Assembly (NCBI GenBank): GCA_035593725.1
Contig: DAOSZN010000011.1
Coordinates: forward strand, 6,789 to 70,788
DNA length: 64,000 nucleotides
Direction of reading: 5' to 3'
Source of the DNA: Bacillota bacterium
GTDB lineage: Bacteria > Bacillota > SHA-98 > UBA4971
Below, in pieces: positions 49,150-57,761 of this stretch. Under the pieces are notes generated by a model, which saw only the letters and a program-made list of their open reading frames with translations, did not search any database and was not told the DNA's origin. Made by a program: the position numbers and the translations under genes. How positions within the stretch are numbered: position 1 is the stretch's first letter; the number at the start of each line of letters is the position of its first letter.

Positions 49150-50862
49150 TTAAGCCCGATTTTCAGTCATTCTCAAGCCTTTTACATTAAGTTGCGGTTG
49201 GATTGTTCCATTCCATTCGTTAACCTCAATTGTATAAATCAGGTCAATACTCTCTATGTTGTGGGAGTAGAGCTGAGAGGCCAGATGGCCAAGGTCGAAT
49301 CCTATACCGTCATGGACTGCGTCGCCTTGGCAGAGTTTCAGTTTCAAATGTTTACCGCCTTGGCCGACGCCTCGGTAATCTTTCAGCGTGACTCCGGTTG
49401 AGAGAAATATGGGTGTCGGATTAGCAACACCGAACGGCGCCAACATTGAGATTCCCTTTGCGACCTCAAGATCAATCTCATCTAGGGTCAGCTCTTGATC
49501 TACGTTGATTTTCGGCAGAAAATCCTCTTCGCGAAGAACGCTTCGCCCGACCTCATTTATTCCTTGCCTGAATTCGTCGATTGAACGGCGAGATACTAAG
49601 ACTCCGGCAGCATACTTGTGTCCCCCGAAACGCAGGAGAGTATCCCCGCATTCACAAAGCGCTTTGTATAAGTCAAATTCAGGGATACTCCTTCCGGAGC
49701 CTTTGCCTTCTTCGCCATCAAGAGATATCAAGATCGTGGGACGATTGAATTCCTCCACAAGCCTCGACGCTACAATCCCGATTACTCCCGGGTGCCATCC
49801 TTCATTCGCCAAGACAAGGACACTGTCAACAGCTTGGCCGTTGCAGGTCTCAACCATCGAAGACGCTTCCTCGAATATCTGCTGTTCCAGATCTTGTCTT
49901 TTTGAGTTTACATCATCGAGGAACTTTGCGATATCCATAGCCTTCTCAGGCGAATCAGTCAACAGAAGTTCTACGCAAAGTGAAGCGTCGCGAATCCTTC
50001 CTGCTGCATTCAGACGCGGCGCGATTACAAAACCCACCGTTCCTGCGGTAATTCTACGGTCGGCAAGGCGACATACTTCAATCAGGGACTCCAGCCCCAG
50101 GTTCTCGGTTCGGTTCATTTTTACCAGACCTTGCTTTGCGTATATCCTGTTCTCCCCGGTAAGGGGAGATACGTCAGCAATAGTGCCCAAAGCGACAAGG
50201 TCGAGAAGATGGTCAGGCGGATTGAAGACATGCGGTGTGCCTTTGACAGTCATGAGGAGGGCGCAAGCCAACTTATAGGCTACACCTACTCCTGCAAGAT
50301 CTCGAAAAGGGCACGTGCCTTCATCATTGCGCTTCGGATTAATAACTGCAACAGCGGGAGGAAGCCCTCCATGGGGTTCATGGTGATCTGTAATGATTAC
50401 GTCTATCCCAAGGCTCCGCGCAAGCTCAACCTCGGAGAATGCTGTGATACCGCAATCGACTGTAACCAACAGTGATACGCCGTCCCTTGCTGCGCTCCTC
50501 ATCGCCTCATGGTTCATGCCGTATCCCTCGTCAACACGGTCAGGGATATAATAGTCTACCCTTGCTCCAAGACCGGTAAGGACATCCATGAGGACACATA
50601 TGGATGTAATACCGTCTACGTCATAGTCACCGTACACTCGGATTTTCTCGCGGTCTTTTATCGCGCGAATCAGTCTCGACACTGCCTTGTCCATATCATC
50701 AAGAAGATTTGGGTCTTCAAGATCAACAAGATCAGCCCGCAGAAACGTTTCCGCGCTCGTTTCGTCCCGGATTCCTCTTTGAGCCATCAAACCCGCGACA
50801 AGCGGAGGAATTCCCAGAGCGTCACTGATAATTCCAGCCTTTGTCCGTGCCTCTTCAGGCAT
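49150..50862 (-). CDS. recJ: Single-stranded-DNA-specific exonuclease RecJ (DHH/DHHA1)
   Basis: DHH motifs (DYDVDG, VDCG, ITDHH) and DHHA1; ORF opens with TTG 50907, ATG 50862 after GTGGAGATTA preferred. Confidence 0.9.
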   Translation of the reverse strand: MPEEARTKAGIISDALGIPPLVAGLMAQRGIRDETSAETFLRADLVDLEDPNLLDDMDKAVSRLIRAIKDREKIRVYGDYDVDGITSICVLMDVLTGLGARVDYYIPDRVDEGYGMNHEAMRSAARDGVSLLVTVDCGITAFSEVELARSLGIDVIITDHHEPHGGLPPAVAVINPKRNDEGTCPFRDLAGVGVAYKLACALLMTVKGTPHVFNPPDHLLDLVALGTIADVSPLTGENRIYAKQGLVKMNRTENLGLESLIEVCRLADRRITAGTVGFVIAPRLNAAGRIRDASLCVELLLTDSPEKAMDIAKFLDDVNSKRQDLEQQIFEEASSMVETCNGQAVDSVLVLANEGWHPGVIGIVASRLVEEFNRPTILISLDGEEGKGSGRSIPEFDLYKALCECGDTLLRFGGHKYAAGVLVSRRSIDEFRQGINEVGRSVLREEDFLPKINVDQELTLDEIDLEVAKGISMLAPFGVANPTPIFLSTGVTLKDYRGVGQGGKHLKLKLCQGDAVHDGIGFDLGHLASQLYSHNIESIDLIYTIEVNEWNGTIQPQLNVKGLRMTENRA

Positions 50863-50939
50863 TTCCCGTAATCTCCACACGCAATTGGTCAATCTCTCAC
50901 TCCCCAACTACTTGTTCCCATTCCTTTAGGCAATTTGCA

Positions 50940-51389
50940 CTACATAGACTCGTCGTCACCGTTTTGGGGTTCAGGAAGAATCTCCATAGAGCGAGTGGCT
51001 TCCAATTCAACTTCAAGAGCTGATACAAGCCGCTTTTCAGTCTCAAGCTCCCTCTTTTTGACATCAATTTCTCCTTTCAGTCTTTCCAGCTCCTGTGATA
51101 ATCGGAGATTGCTTTCCTGCGCTTCGCCCAGTTCTTTCCCAATAGTGTCCACTTTTGTGTTACATGACCTAAGTGAAAGCCTGAGTCCGATTTCCCTGAC
51201 GAAAGTAAAGAGACCTACAGCCAGAGCTCCTGCTGCAGCAGAGCCTAAGATTACGATTGCTAAAGAAATATCTGTGAGCTGCCACTTAAAAAATGAGACA
51301 GACACCGGAGTAGAGTTTTGAATGGCAAACATTGCCACAAGAACAGCAAATGCCAACGCTACTATGGCAATGGCAAGCAATGACATCAT
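50940..51389 (-). CDS. LapA-family (DUF1049, YrvD-like) membrane protein with coiled-coil tail
   Basis: Two N-terminal TM helices with the LapA-type pattern, then coiled coil; conserved slot upstream of recJ. Confidence 0.6.
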   Translation of the reverse strand: MMSLLAIAIVALAFAVLVAMFAIQNSTPVSVSFFKWQLTDISLAIVILGSAAAGALAVGLFTFVREIGLRLSLRSCNTKVDTIGKELGEAQESNLRLSQELERLKGEIDVKKRELETEKRLVSALEVELEATRSMEILPEPQNGDDESM

Positions 51390-51467
51390 CTCCTAGCTTC
51401 AAAAGAATAAAAGCAGACAGGCATGTTTTTTGGGGATATTCGCCAAGGCCGAGGGGAAATCCTGCCT

Positions 51468-53240
51468 CTAGCGCTTATTGCCTTTGGCGCTTTCTCGCCT
51501 TCCTGCTCTCACGAGATTTACCAAAATATCCTTGTCAAACTCATCTACTATATAAAGTTTACCATGAGCCACCTCAACAAGGCGAGAAAGAAAATCGCGG
51601 TTAGGTTGAAGGCCTACGCACATAAAGGTAATCTTGTTATCGGCTATGCGTTTTGCAGCTGTGAGAGCATCTCTTGCAGGATCCGCGGTCCAGCGATTCA
51701 TCGTGGGGATGCCGTCAGTTATCAGGATGAGGAGAACGTCTTTCAGTTTTTTTGCTTTGATGAAATCCAGCGTGTCAGCAATACCTGCTGCAAGGGGAGT
51801 CAGGCCTTGAGGTTGGATTCTCTGCACTCCTTCTTCAATTGCCTTCTTGCTTCTGGTAGACGTAATGTGGATCTTGACATCGCGTTCTTGGAATGTCAAT
51901 ACGCTTATTTTCACTCGACACGCCATAGTCAAGTGGCGTATCAGATACTTGGCCGCTCGAATCCTTCTCCCTACCATACTTGCGCTGGCGTCTATCAAGA
52001 GGCAAATTTCCGGCGGGCGAGTGGGACGACGTCGATAAACGTATATATCTTCACGCAAAAACGGTGATGAACCGGCCCCGTTTATCTGACGTCGGACCAA
52101 GGAATTAAGAACCGTCTCAGGAACGGCGATAGTGTCACACCATTCTCCTTCGTTGAGTGCTCTTGTGGTTTTTGCAATCCTCGGTGCATCGCCCCGGGTT
52201 TTCTTGCGGAAGCGACCTTCCTCATATTGAGGAAACTTCGTCACTATGGGCATTTTCCTGATGAGGCGTCTAATTGCTGCCTCAATTTCTGAAGCATACG
52301 CAGTCAGGATGCTTTTTACTTCTGTGCCTTTCGGGGTTAGGGCAAACTTGCCCGTCTCACGTCCTATGAGTTGAAAAGAGGTAAGTCTTTCTATGACTTC
52401 GTCAAGATCCCCGACATCTGAACGAATATCCGGTGGAATACCGCCTGATGACGTGAGACTTTCAAGGAGTTTCGCCATATTGACTCTTCCGCCGAATTCC
52501 TCTGCCATTGATGCCACAGCGTCCACCCGGGATTCTTGATTCAGAGAATTCCAATCGCGGTCAGCAGGCCTTCGACCTGCTTCGTTCAGGTACGAGTCGA
52601 AAATACTGGAATACGGAGAAAGATCTGCCTTTCCTTTCCCCTCTAAATGAGATATACGCTCCACCTTGCGGATTTCAACTCCCTGACGCGCAAGTTCCGC
52701 TTCTATGGCACTGACAATATAGAACACAACTGCCAGGCAATTGTCGGGTAACATTGCAGCTAGGTGTACATGGTTATAGTGGGCTTTTCTCAGAGAGAAT
52801 TTCCTGCCGTAATTCAAAGACCCGCTGATCCTGCCTCCACCGCTTCCTGTCTGCATATCAATGAGATCCAAAAGTTCGCCTGCTGTGGGAAACAGAAGCC
52901 CTCTGGCATGATGAAGCATAGGATTACGGAAATACTCATGCACAGCCTGCTTAATTGCTTCCGCAACTCCCCTGTGATCAATTTCACCGATTTCATGGAA
53001 AACATCTATGTGAAGTATTTCGTTTTTCTTCAACCTTGAATAGAAAGCGCAACCTGCATCCTGATTGATGACAATCTTCACTTCGTCAGGTTCAGCGGGA
53101 TAAATCACATGTACTCTACGGCTGATCACTGTAGTCTCGCCAATCCTGAGCCCTCGTCCCATCCGGAATTCAGTCAGCATCAACTTGACCAGGCGATGAC
53201 TGTCATATCGTAAGAAGGCCAAGTGGCGATAATCATTCAT
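51468..53240 (-). CDS. vWA (von Willebrand factor A, MIDAS) domain protein with a large uncharacterised N-terminal region; ChlD/CobT-C-terminal-like partner of the upstream AAA+
   Basis: C-terminal vWA with MIDAS DASAS and ILITDG; N-terminal about 380 aa without recognised motif; ATG at 53240 overlaps the upstream stop as ATGA. Confidence 0.8.
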   Translation of the reverse strand: MNDYRHLAFLRYDSHRLVKLMLTEFRMGRGLRIGETTVISRRVHVIYPAEPDEVKIVINQDAGCAFYSRLKKNEILHIDVFHEIGEIDHRGVAEAIKQAVHEYFRNPMLHHARGLLFPTAGELLDLIDMQTGSGGGRISGSLNYGRKFSLRKAHYNHVHLAAMLPDNCLAVVFYIVSAIEAELARQGVEIRKVERISHLEGKGKADLSPYSSIFDSYLNEAGRRPADRDWNSLNQESRVDAVASMAEEFGGRVNMAKLLESLTSSGGIPPDIRSDVGDLDEVIERLTSFQLIGRETGKFALTPKGTEVKSILTAYASEIEAAIRRLIRKMPIVTKFPQYEEGRFRKKTRGDAPRIAKTTRALNEGEWCDTIAVPETVLNSLVRRQINGAGSSPFLREDIYVYRRRPTRPPEICLLIDASASMVGRRIRAAKYLIRHLTMACRVKISVLTFQERDVKIHITSTRSKKAIEEGVQRIQPQGLTPLAAGIADTLDFIKAKKLKDVLLILITDGIPTMNRWTADPARDALTAAKRIADNKITFMCVGLQPNRDFLSRLVEVAHGKLYIVDEFDKDILVNLVRAGRRESAKGNKR

Positions 53241-54688
53241 CTTATTCTGAGATCCTCCTCGGTAAAGAGAATATCCCCGCCTGCAAGTTGGAAAAGGGAT
53301 TTGGCCTTCCCGGGAGGCGCGCATATGTCAATATCCTTAGGATCAGCTATGCTCGTCCCCTCGCCTGTAGCATAATGCTCTCCATGGCCTCTTTGTCCTC
53401 CGGAGGAACCGGCGCAGGATGCAAGCCCTCTTTGCTGCGGATTGCGAGACGCTCTTGACACATCAGGACGAATCAGTCCTATACCCCTCATAAGTCTGTC
53501 CCAAAGGGAATCCGGCTTCATGAAATTATCACCGCGCCTTGCCAAATCCCTTGGATTGTGTGACGAGGTTTCTCCTTCATCTGAGTCGTCTTCGGAATTT
53601 TCCGGCAGCCTGTCTTGCTCCCTCGGCCTGCCGTGCCTGGATTCATACTCATCAAGAAATTTGCTGATGTTAATAAGTGTCGCGCCGTCAACGCGGTGGC
53701 GAAGGGTAATAGGCAATACTCCCCTGATATCATCCAGCAGCACTCTGGTTCTGGAGTCGAGAGCAGCCCTTGCCCGAGCGCCAAGAGCAATCGCTTCCAC
53801 AGCTCTTAGGCTTTCTATGCCAAAACTGACATACAGTTCAGCCAAGACTGACGCCAGCTCGTCAGGTAAGGCAATCCTTTGCAACAGCTCTGCTTTTTGA
53901 GGGACAAATCCCCTGTCTTGAGGCCATAAAGATTCATCGGAAGCTGCATGTCCGCACAGGATCTTCTTTACTGTGTCATGGTTTTGCGGACGTCCCATGT
54001 TTACCACAAAATCGAATCTGTCAGATAATTGCCTTCTTATATCCTCAAGCGCCCCGGGTTCCTCATCAGGGTTACTTGCAGCCCAGACACAACACATGAC
54101 CGGAAGGGTGAACGTTGGCAAGCCTGTCTCCTCTACCTGAATGCGTCCTGGTTTTGTCCCCATGACATCAAGGAGGACATCTGTAAGTTCAGGAGAGGTA
54201 TCTGCCAATCTGTTTATCTCATCCACAAAAATGATGCCTCGATACGCCCTGGGTATGATCCCCGGCAACAACGCTATCTCCGGTTTGTTCGGGTCAACTA
54301 CTTTCGCCAAATCTATGCTACCAACAACAGTTCCGAGTTTTGCAGCATGAGAAATCTCAAGAAACGGAACGGAAACAGACTCAGTGCCTAAGAGAGAGAG
54401 GTCTTCAGGCCCCAGATTCCGATGGATCGGGCAGTGCGGATTACCGGGATCACAGTTGTACCAACACCCCGCAATCCTTTCTATGGAAGGAAGAATGTTC
54501 TTCATAGCCCTAACAACTGTAGTCTTGCCTGTGCCACGAAGACCTTCCACATGAACGTGAATCGGAGTACCTGCAAGAAGAGACAGGACAGACATTTCCA
54601 AGGCGTCAACTAACGGTTGATTGCCTTCATGCACTATAAGGTCATGATATCTTTTCAATATGGGCACCTCCAAAGTGTAACGCGGCAT
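53237..54688 (-). CDS. Mg-chelatase ChlI/BchI-like AAA+ ATPase with acidic low-complexity C-terminal tail (ChlD-linker-like)
   Basis: Walker A GLRGTGKTT, Walker B IIFVDEINRL, sensor-1 VWAASNP, Cys/His insert CWYNCDPGNPHCPIH at the BchI position, alignable with BchI/ChlI core; about 130-aa acidic/Gly-Ser tail (ENSEDDSDEGETSS...). Confidence 0.85.
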   Translation of the reverse strand: MPRYTLEVPILKRYHDLIVHEGNQPLVDALEMSVLSLLAGTPIHVHVEGLRGTGKTTVVRAMKNILPSIERIAGCWYNCDPGNPHCPIHRNLGPEDLSLLGTESVSVPFLEISHAAKLGTVVGSIDLAKVVDPNKPEIALLPGIIPRAYRGIIFVDEINRLADTSPELTDVLLDVMGTKPGRIQVEETGLPTFTLPVMCCVWAASNPDEEPGALEDIRRQLSDRFDFVVNMGRPQNHDTVKKILCGHAASDESLWPQDRGFVPQKAELLQRIALPDELASVLAELYVSFGIESLRAVEAIALGARARAALDSRTRVLLDDIRGVLPITLRHRVDGATLINISKFLDEYESRHGRPREQDRLPENSEDDSDEGETSSHNPRDLARRGDNFMKPDSLWDRLMRGIGLIRPDVSRASRNPQQRGLASCAGSSGGQRGHGEHYATGEGTSIADPKDIDICAPPGKAKSLFQLAGGDILFTEEDLRIR

Positions 54689-54736
54689 CTGTAGACAGGT
54701 ACTGATATTATGGCCTTGCCGTAATCAGCGCATACC

Positions 54737-54751
54737 GCGAAACAAGTGCCC
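54737..54751 (-). promoter_or_regulatory. Candidate sigma-54 (-24/-12) promoter upstream of the ChlI-like AAA+ gene: GGGCAC-N5-TCGC
   Basis: Minus strand GGGCACTTGTTTCGC: GG and GC correctly spaced, 2 mismatches to TGGCAC-N5-TTGC; about 47 nt upstream of the ATPase ATG, just downstream of the sigma54 activator gene. Confidence 0.35.
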
Positions 54752-54817
54752 TCATTTCCCAAAGATGTAACTTATCTACCGATTCAAGCATTGCAAGGAA
54801 GCTTCAGGTTATCCTGA

Positions 54818-56293
54818 TTATGTATCCACTTGTATGCCAAGTTTTTTCAAGCGGTATTGAAGAGTCTGGCGAGGTATTCCGAGGAGGCGGGCAGTTTGAG
54901 AAACATTGCCACAGGATTCAGCAAAAGCCCTGCGGATAAGGGCGTTTTCCAATTCTCGGACAGTTTCACGGAAATCGCCTGTTAATTCTATCTCCTGAAT
55001 AACATCATTGAGTTGATGAGGCAAACTCCCAGGAAGAGATGGCGACTTCCTTAAATGATCCGGAAGGTGCTCCGAAAGAATCATGTCCCCGTCCAGCATG
55101 TGCATGGCGCCTTCAATTGTATGCTCCAATTCACGGACATTGCCTGGCCAATCATAGGAAAGGAATACTTGGAAGACTTCTCTCGAGACACCCTTAACAT
55201 TCATCATTAGCTGACTGTTGAATCTGTCAATGAAATGCCTTATTAAGAGAGGTATGTCATCGCGTCTTTCCCTGAGCGGTGGGATTTCTAAACAGATGAC
55301 GTTTAACCTATAATACAAATCATTCCGCAGCAACCCCAGGGAAACCGCTTCCTCAGGCCTCCGAGTCATAGCTGCGACAACCCGCACATCCACTTGGCGT
55401 TCATTTATGTCGCCTACACGGCGCAAACGTTTCTCTGAAAGAACCCTCAGTAATTTCGCTTGCAGGCTGGAAGGCATGGAATCAATTTCATCAAGGAAAA
55501 TCGTGCCTGAATCAGCCAGCTCAAAAAGGCCGGGTCGGTCATAAGCGCCTGTAAACCCGCCTTTTGTCGTTCCAAAGAGTATCCCCTCAAGCAACCCCTC
55601 AGGAAGAGCAGCACAATTCTGCGCGATAAACGGCCCCTTTCCCCGCGGGCCTGCATTATGAATCGCTTGCACAAACAGCTCTTTCCCGGTTCCCGTTTCA
55701 CCGTAAACCAGCACAGCCGACGTGCTTCCTGCAGCCCTTTGGGCTTTTCGCTTCAGGTCCAGTATACATTCGCTCTCGCCTATTATGTCTCTGAACGTGT
55801 AACGGGCGCGATTTGAACCTATATCCCTTCTGCCTTCGCGCTTAGCGAACAACTCCATCTGAAGGTCAACAATACGATGAGCCATCTCCTGTATGAGTGT
55901 TATATCACGGGAAACTTCCACAGCCCCGATAAGCCTGCCTCCGACTGTCACAGGCAGAGTGGAGTTTACTGTGGTTATCGTATCCCCTTTGTAATTCATG
56001 AAGGTTTGCTCCCTGTTAGACACAGGGTGTCCGGTTTTGAGCACTTGAAGCAGGGTGCTGGTTTCTCGGCACAAAGACGGAAACACCTCGAGCACATGTT
56101 TACCAACCACTTCATCAGGTTTTAGGTTGTCGAGGGTTGCAGCTGCCCTGTTGTAAAAAACGGTTATGCCGTTTTTGTCTACTACTTGAATCCCTTCATC
56201 TATGGAATCAAGGATCAGATGGAAGTTTTGAAGGAGTTCATCGGAGTCGTTTTCCATATTGAGATTGGAAGGTTCCGGGCCCATCACACCCAT
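54818..56293 (-). CDS. Sigma-54-dependent transcriptional activator (PAS sensor + AAA+ sigma54-interaction domain + Fis-type HTH)
   Basis: PAS N-terminus; Walker A GETGTGKE; GAFTGA-type loop GGFTGA; Walker B IFLDEI; C-terminal HTH (QTARLLGIPRQTLQYRLKK); ATG 56293 after GGGGTGAT preferred. Confidence 0.88.
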   Translation of the reverse strand: MGVMGPEPSNLNMENDSDELLQNFHLILDSIDEGIQVVDKNGITVFYNRAAATLDNLKPDEVVGKHVLEVFPSLCRETSTLLQVLKTGHPVSNREQTFMNYKGDTITTVNSTLPVTVGGRLIGAVEVSRDITLIQEMAHRIVDLQMELFAKREGRRDIGSNRARYTFRDIIGESECILDLKRKAQRAAGSTSAVLVYGETGTGKELFVQAIHNAGPRGKGPFIAQNCAALPEGLLEGILFGTTKGGFTGAYDRPGLFELADSGTIFLDEIDSMPSSLQAKLLRVLSEKRLRRVGDINERQVDVRVVAAMTRRPEEAVSLGLLRNDLYYRLNVICLEIPPLRERRDDIPLLIRHFIDRFNSQLMMNVKGVSREVFQVFLSYDWPGNVRELEHTIEGAMHMLDGDMILSEHLPDHLRKSPSLPGSLPHQLNDVIQEIELTGDFRETVRELENALIRRAFAESCGNVSQTARLLGIPRQTLQYRLKKLGIQVDT

Positions 56294-56370
56294 AATTATC
56301 ACCCCTTGGGCGCAACCGCTGATCTTTGGGCATCGTACCTATAATCTTCTGGACGAATCCCCGCTTTCCT

Positions 56371-57366
56371 TCAATGCGTTATCCCGGTTTTTTGGTATGT
56401 TGAAATCGGACAGGAAGAGTTCGGCGACTGATTATCGAGAGCAAACTCCACAAGCAAGGCGATAAGGTCGGAAAACTCAATTCCTGCAGCCTTGGCAGCA
56501 TCAGGGACCAGGCTCGTCTGGGTCATACCTGGGATTGTGTTGACCTCCAAAATGTAGACCTCGTCTTCAGGCGTAACAATAAAGTCAGATCGTGAAATAT
56601 GACGACACCCTAGAGCTCTGTGAGCCTTTATCGCCGCATCCTGGGCTGCCTTATAAGCATGCTTACTAATCTCAGCAGGTATGATGTGCTCACTCATGCC
56701 CGGAGTGTACTTGGCTTCATAGTCATAGAGGCCTGTGACAGACCGGATTTCAATTACCGGCAATGCTTGGGGTTCAGTGTCGCCTAATACGCCGACTGTA
56801 ATCTCTGTGCCGGATATATATTCTTCAACTAAGACCTCGTCATCGTACTTTGATGCTTCAATGACTGCGTTTTCCAGATCTTGCAAGGAGCGAACTACGG
56901 TTAATCCTATGGTGGAACCCTGCTTATTGGGTTTTACTACCAATGGATAGGTGAAGTTTTTGGTTATTTGTTCTATTATAGTCTGAAGCCCGGGTTGCTT
57001 CAGCGCATACCTGGATACCAGGATATCCTTTGGACAGAGAAGGCCTTCAAGCCGGAACAATTTCTTTGAAATTGCTTTGTTCATAGCCAATGCGCTGGCG
57101 AGGACCCCGGATCCCACATACGGGAGGTCCAGTATGTCAAGAAGACCTTGAAGGCACCCGTCTTCCCCATACTTCCCATGGAGTGCGATAAAGACTACGT
57201 CAGGCCTGGCTTCCTTCAGAGAAGTTACAAGATTGTCATCAAGGTCAAGAGCTGTGACGCTGAAGCCCTTTTCGACCAAGGCGCGAGTGACCTGCCGCCC
57301 TGTAAGTAATGATACTTCTCTCTCTGCAGATTTTCCACCGTAAATTAGTGCAACCCTTTTCTTCAT
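56371..57366 (-). CDS. ddl: D-alanine--D-alanine ligase
   Basis: ATP-grasp with Ddl N-terminus (VALIYGGKSAEREVSL...), central and C-terminal motifs; ATG 57366 after GGAGGATGGAGGA. Confidence 0.92.
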   Translation of the reverse strand: MKKRVALIYGGKSAEREVSLLTGRQVTRALVEKGFSVTALDLDDNLVTSLKEARPDVVFIALHGKYGEDGCLQGLLDILDLPYVGSGVLASALAMNKAISKKLFRLEGLLCPKDILVSRYALKQPGLQTIIEQITKNFTYPLVVKPNKQGSTIGLTVVRSLQDLENAVIEASKYDDEVLVEEYISGTEITVGVLGDTEPQALPVIEIRSVTGLYDYEAKYTPGMSEHIIPAEISKHAYKAAQDAAIKAHRALGCRHISRSDFIVTPEDEVYILEVNTIPGMTQTSLVPDAAKAAGIEFSDLIALLVEFALDNQSPNSSCPISTYQKTGITH

Positions 57367-57447
57367 AGTGTCCTCCATCCTCCGGCAATGCCGGCACAGC
57401 GGCCTGTTAAGATTGCCTCCGCTCGTTTCCTAATATGGCATCTGGAA

Positions 57448-57672
57448 TCATAGTTGATAGAAGAGCGGTGCCATGACCCGCGCTGCAATAACTGAAACGA
57501 GAAGAACATATATAAGTGTCGTGGCGATGACAATGCGTATAGCGAGAGATGTCACATCGTTCTGAATCGCTCCGCATCGCCTGGCAGAAATCACCCAGGC
57601 CATCTCAAATATTATCACAAGCGACAAAATGGCTGCACACTTCACTATCGAAGCGAGGCCCACAAAATACAC
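57448..57672 (-). CDS. Hypothetical small hydrophobic (2-TM) protein
   Basis: 74-aa ORF, two predicted TM helices, same orientation as flanking genes; no recognisable motif. Confidence 0.3.
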   Translation of the reverse strand: MYFVGLASIVKCAAILSLVIIFEMAWVISARRCGAIQNDVTSLAIRIVIATTLIYVLLVSVIAARVMAPLFYQL

Positions 57673-57761
57673 CCCCGGACAGAAAAAGACTCTTAATATT
57701 CTATGTTTCTTGCCGGGGATTTGAGATTAAAATCTAAACCCAAAGCATTCAGTTTGAGCCT

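Noticed and set aside
49505-50278. 257-aa plus-strand ORF
   Set aside because: Lies entirely inside recJ on the opposite strand, with Ser/Arg-rich low-information composition.
51423-52067. 214-aa plus-strand ORF inside the vWA gene
   Set aside because: Antisense to a well-supported vWA domain, with no RBS or domain signature.
54781-54840. TTGGCATACAAG sigma-54-like -24 element
   Set aside because: It lies inside the 3' coding end of the activator gene, and the -12 GC is mis-spaced (TGGAT instead of TTGC).
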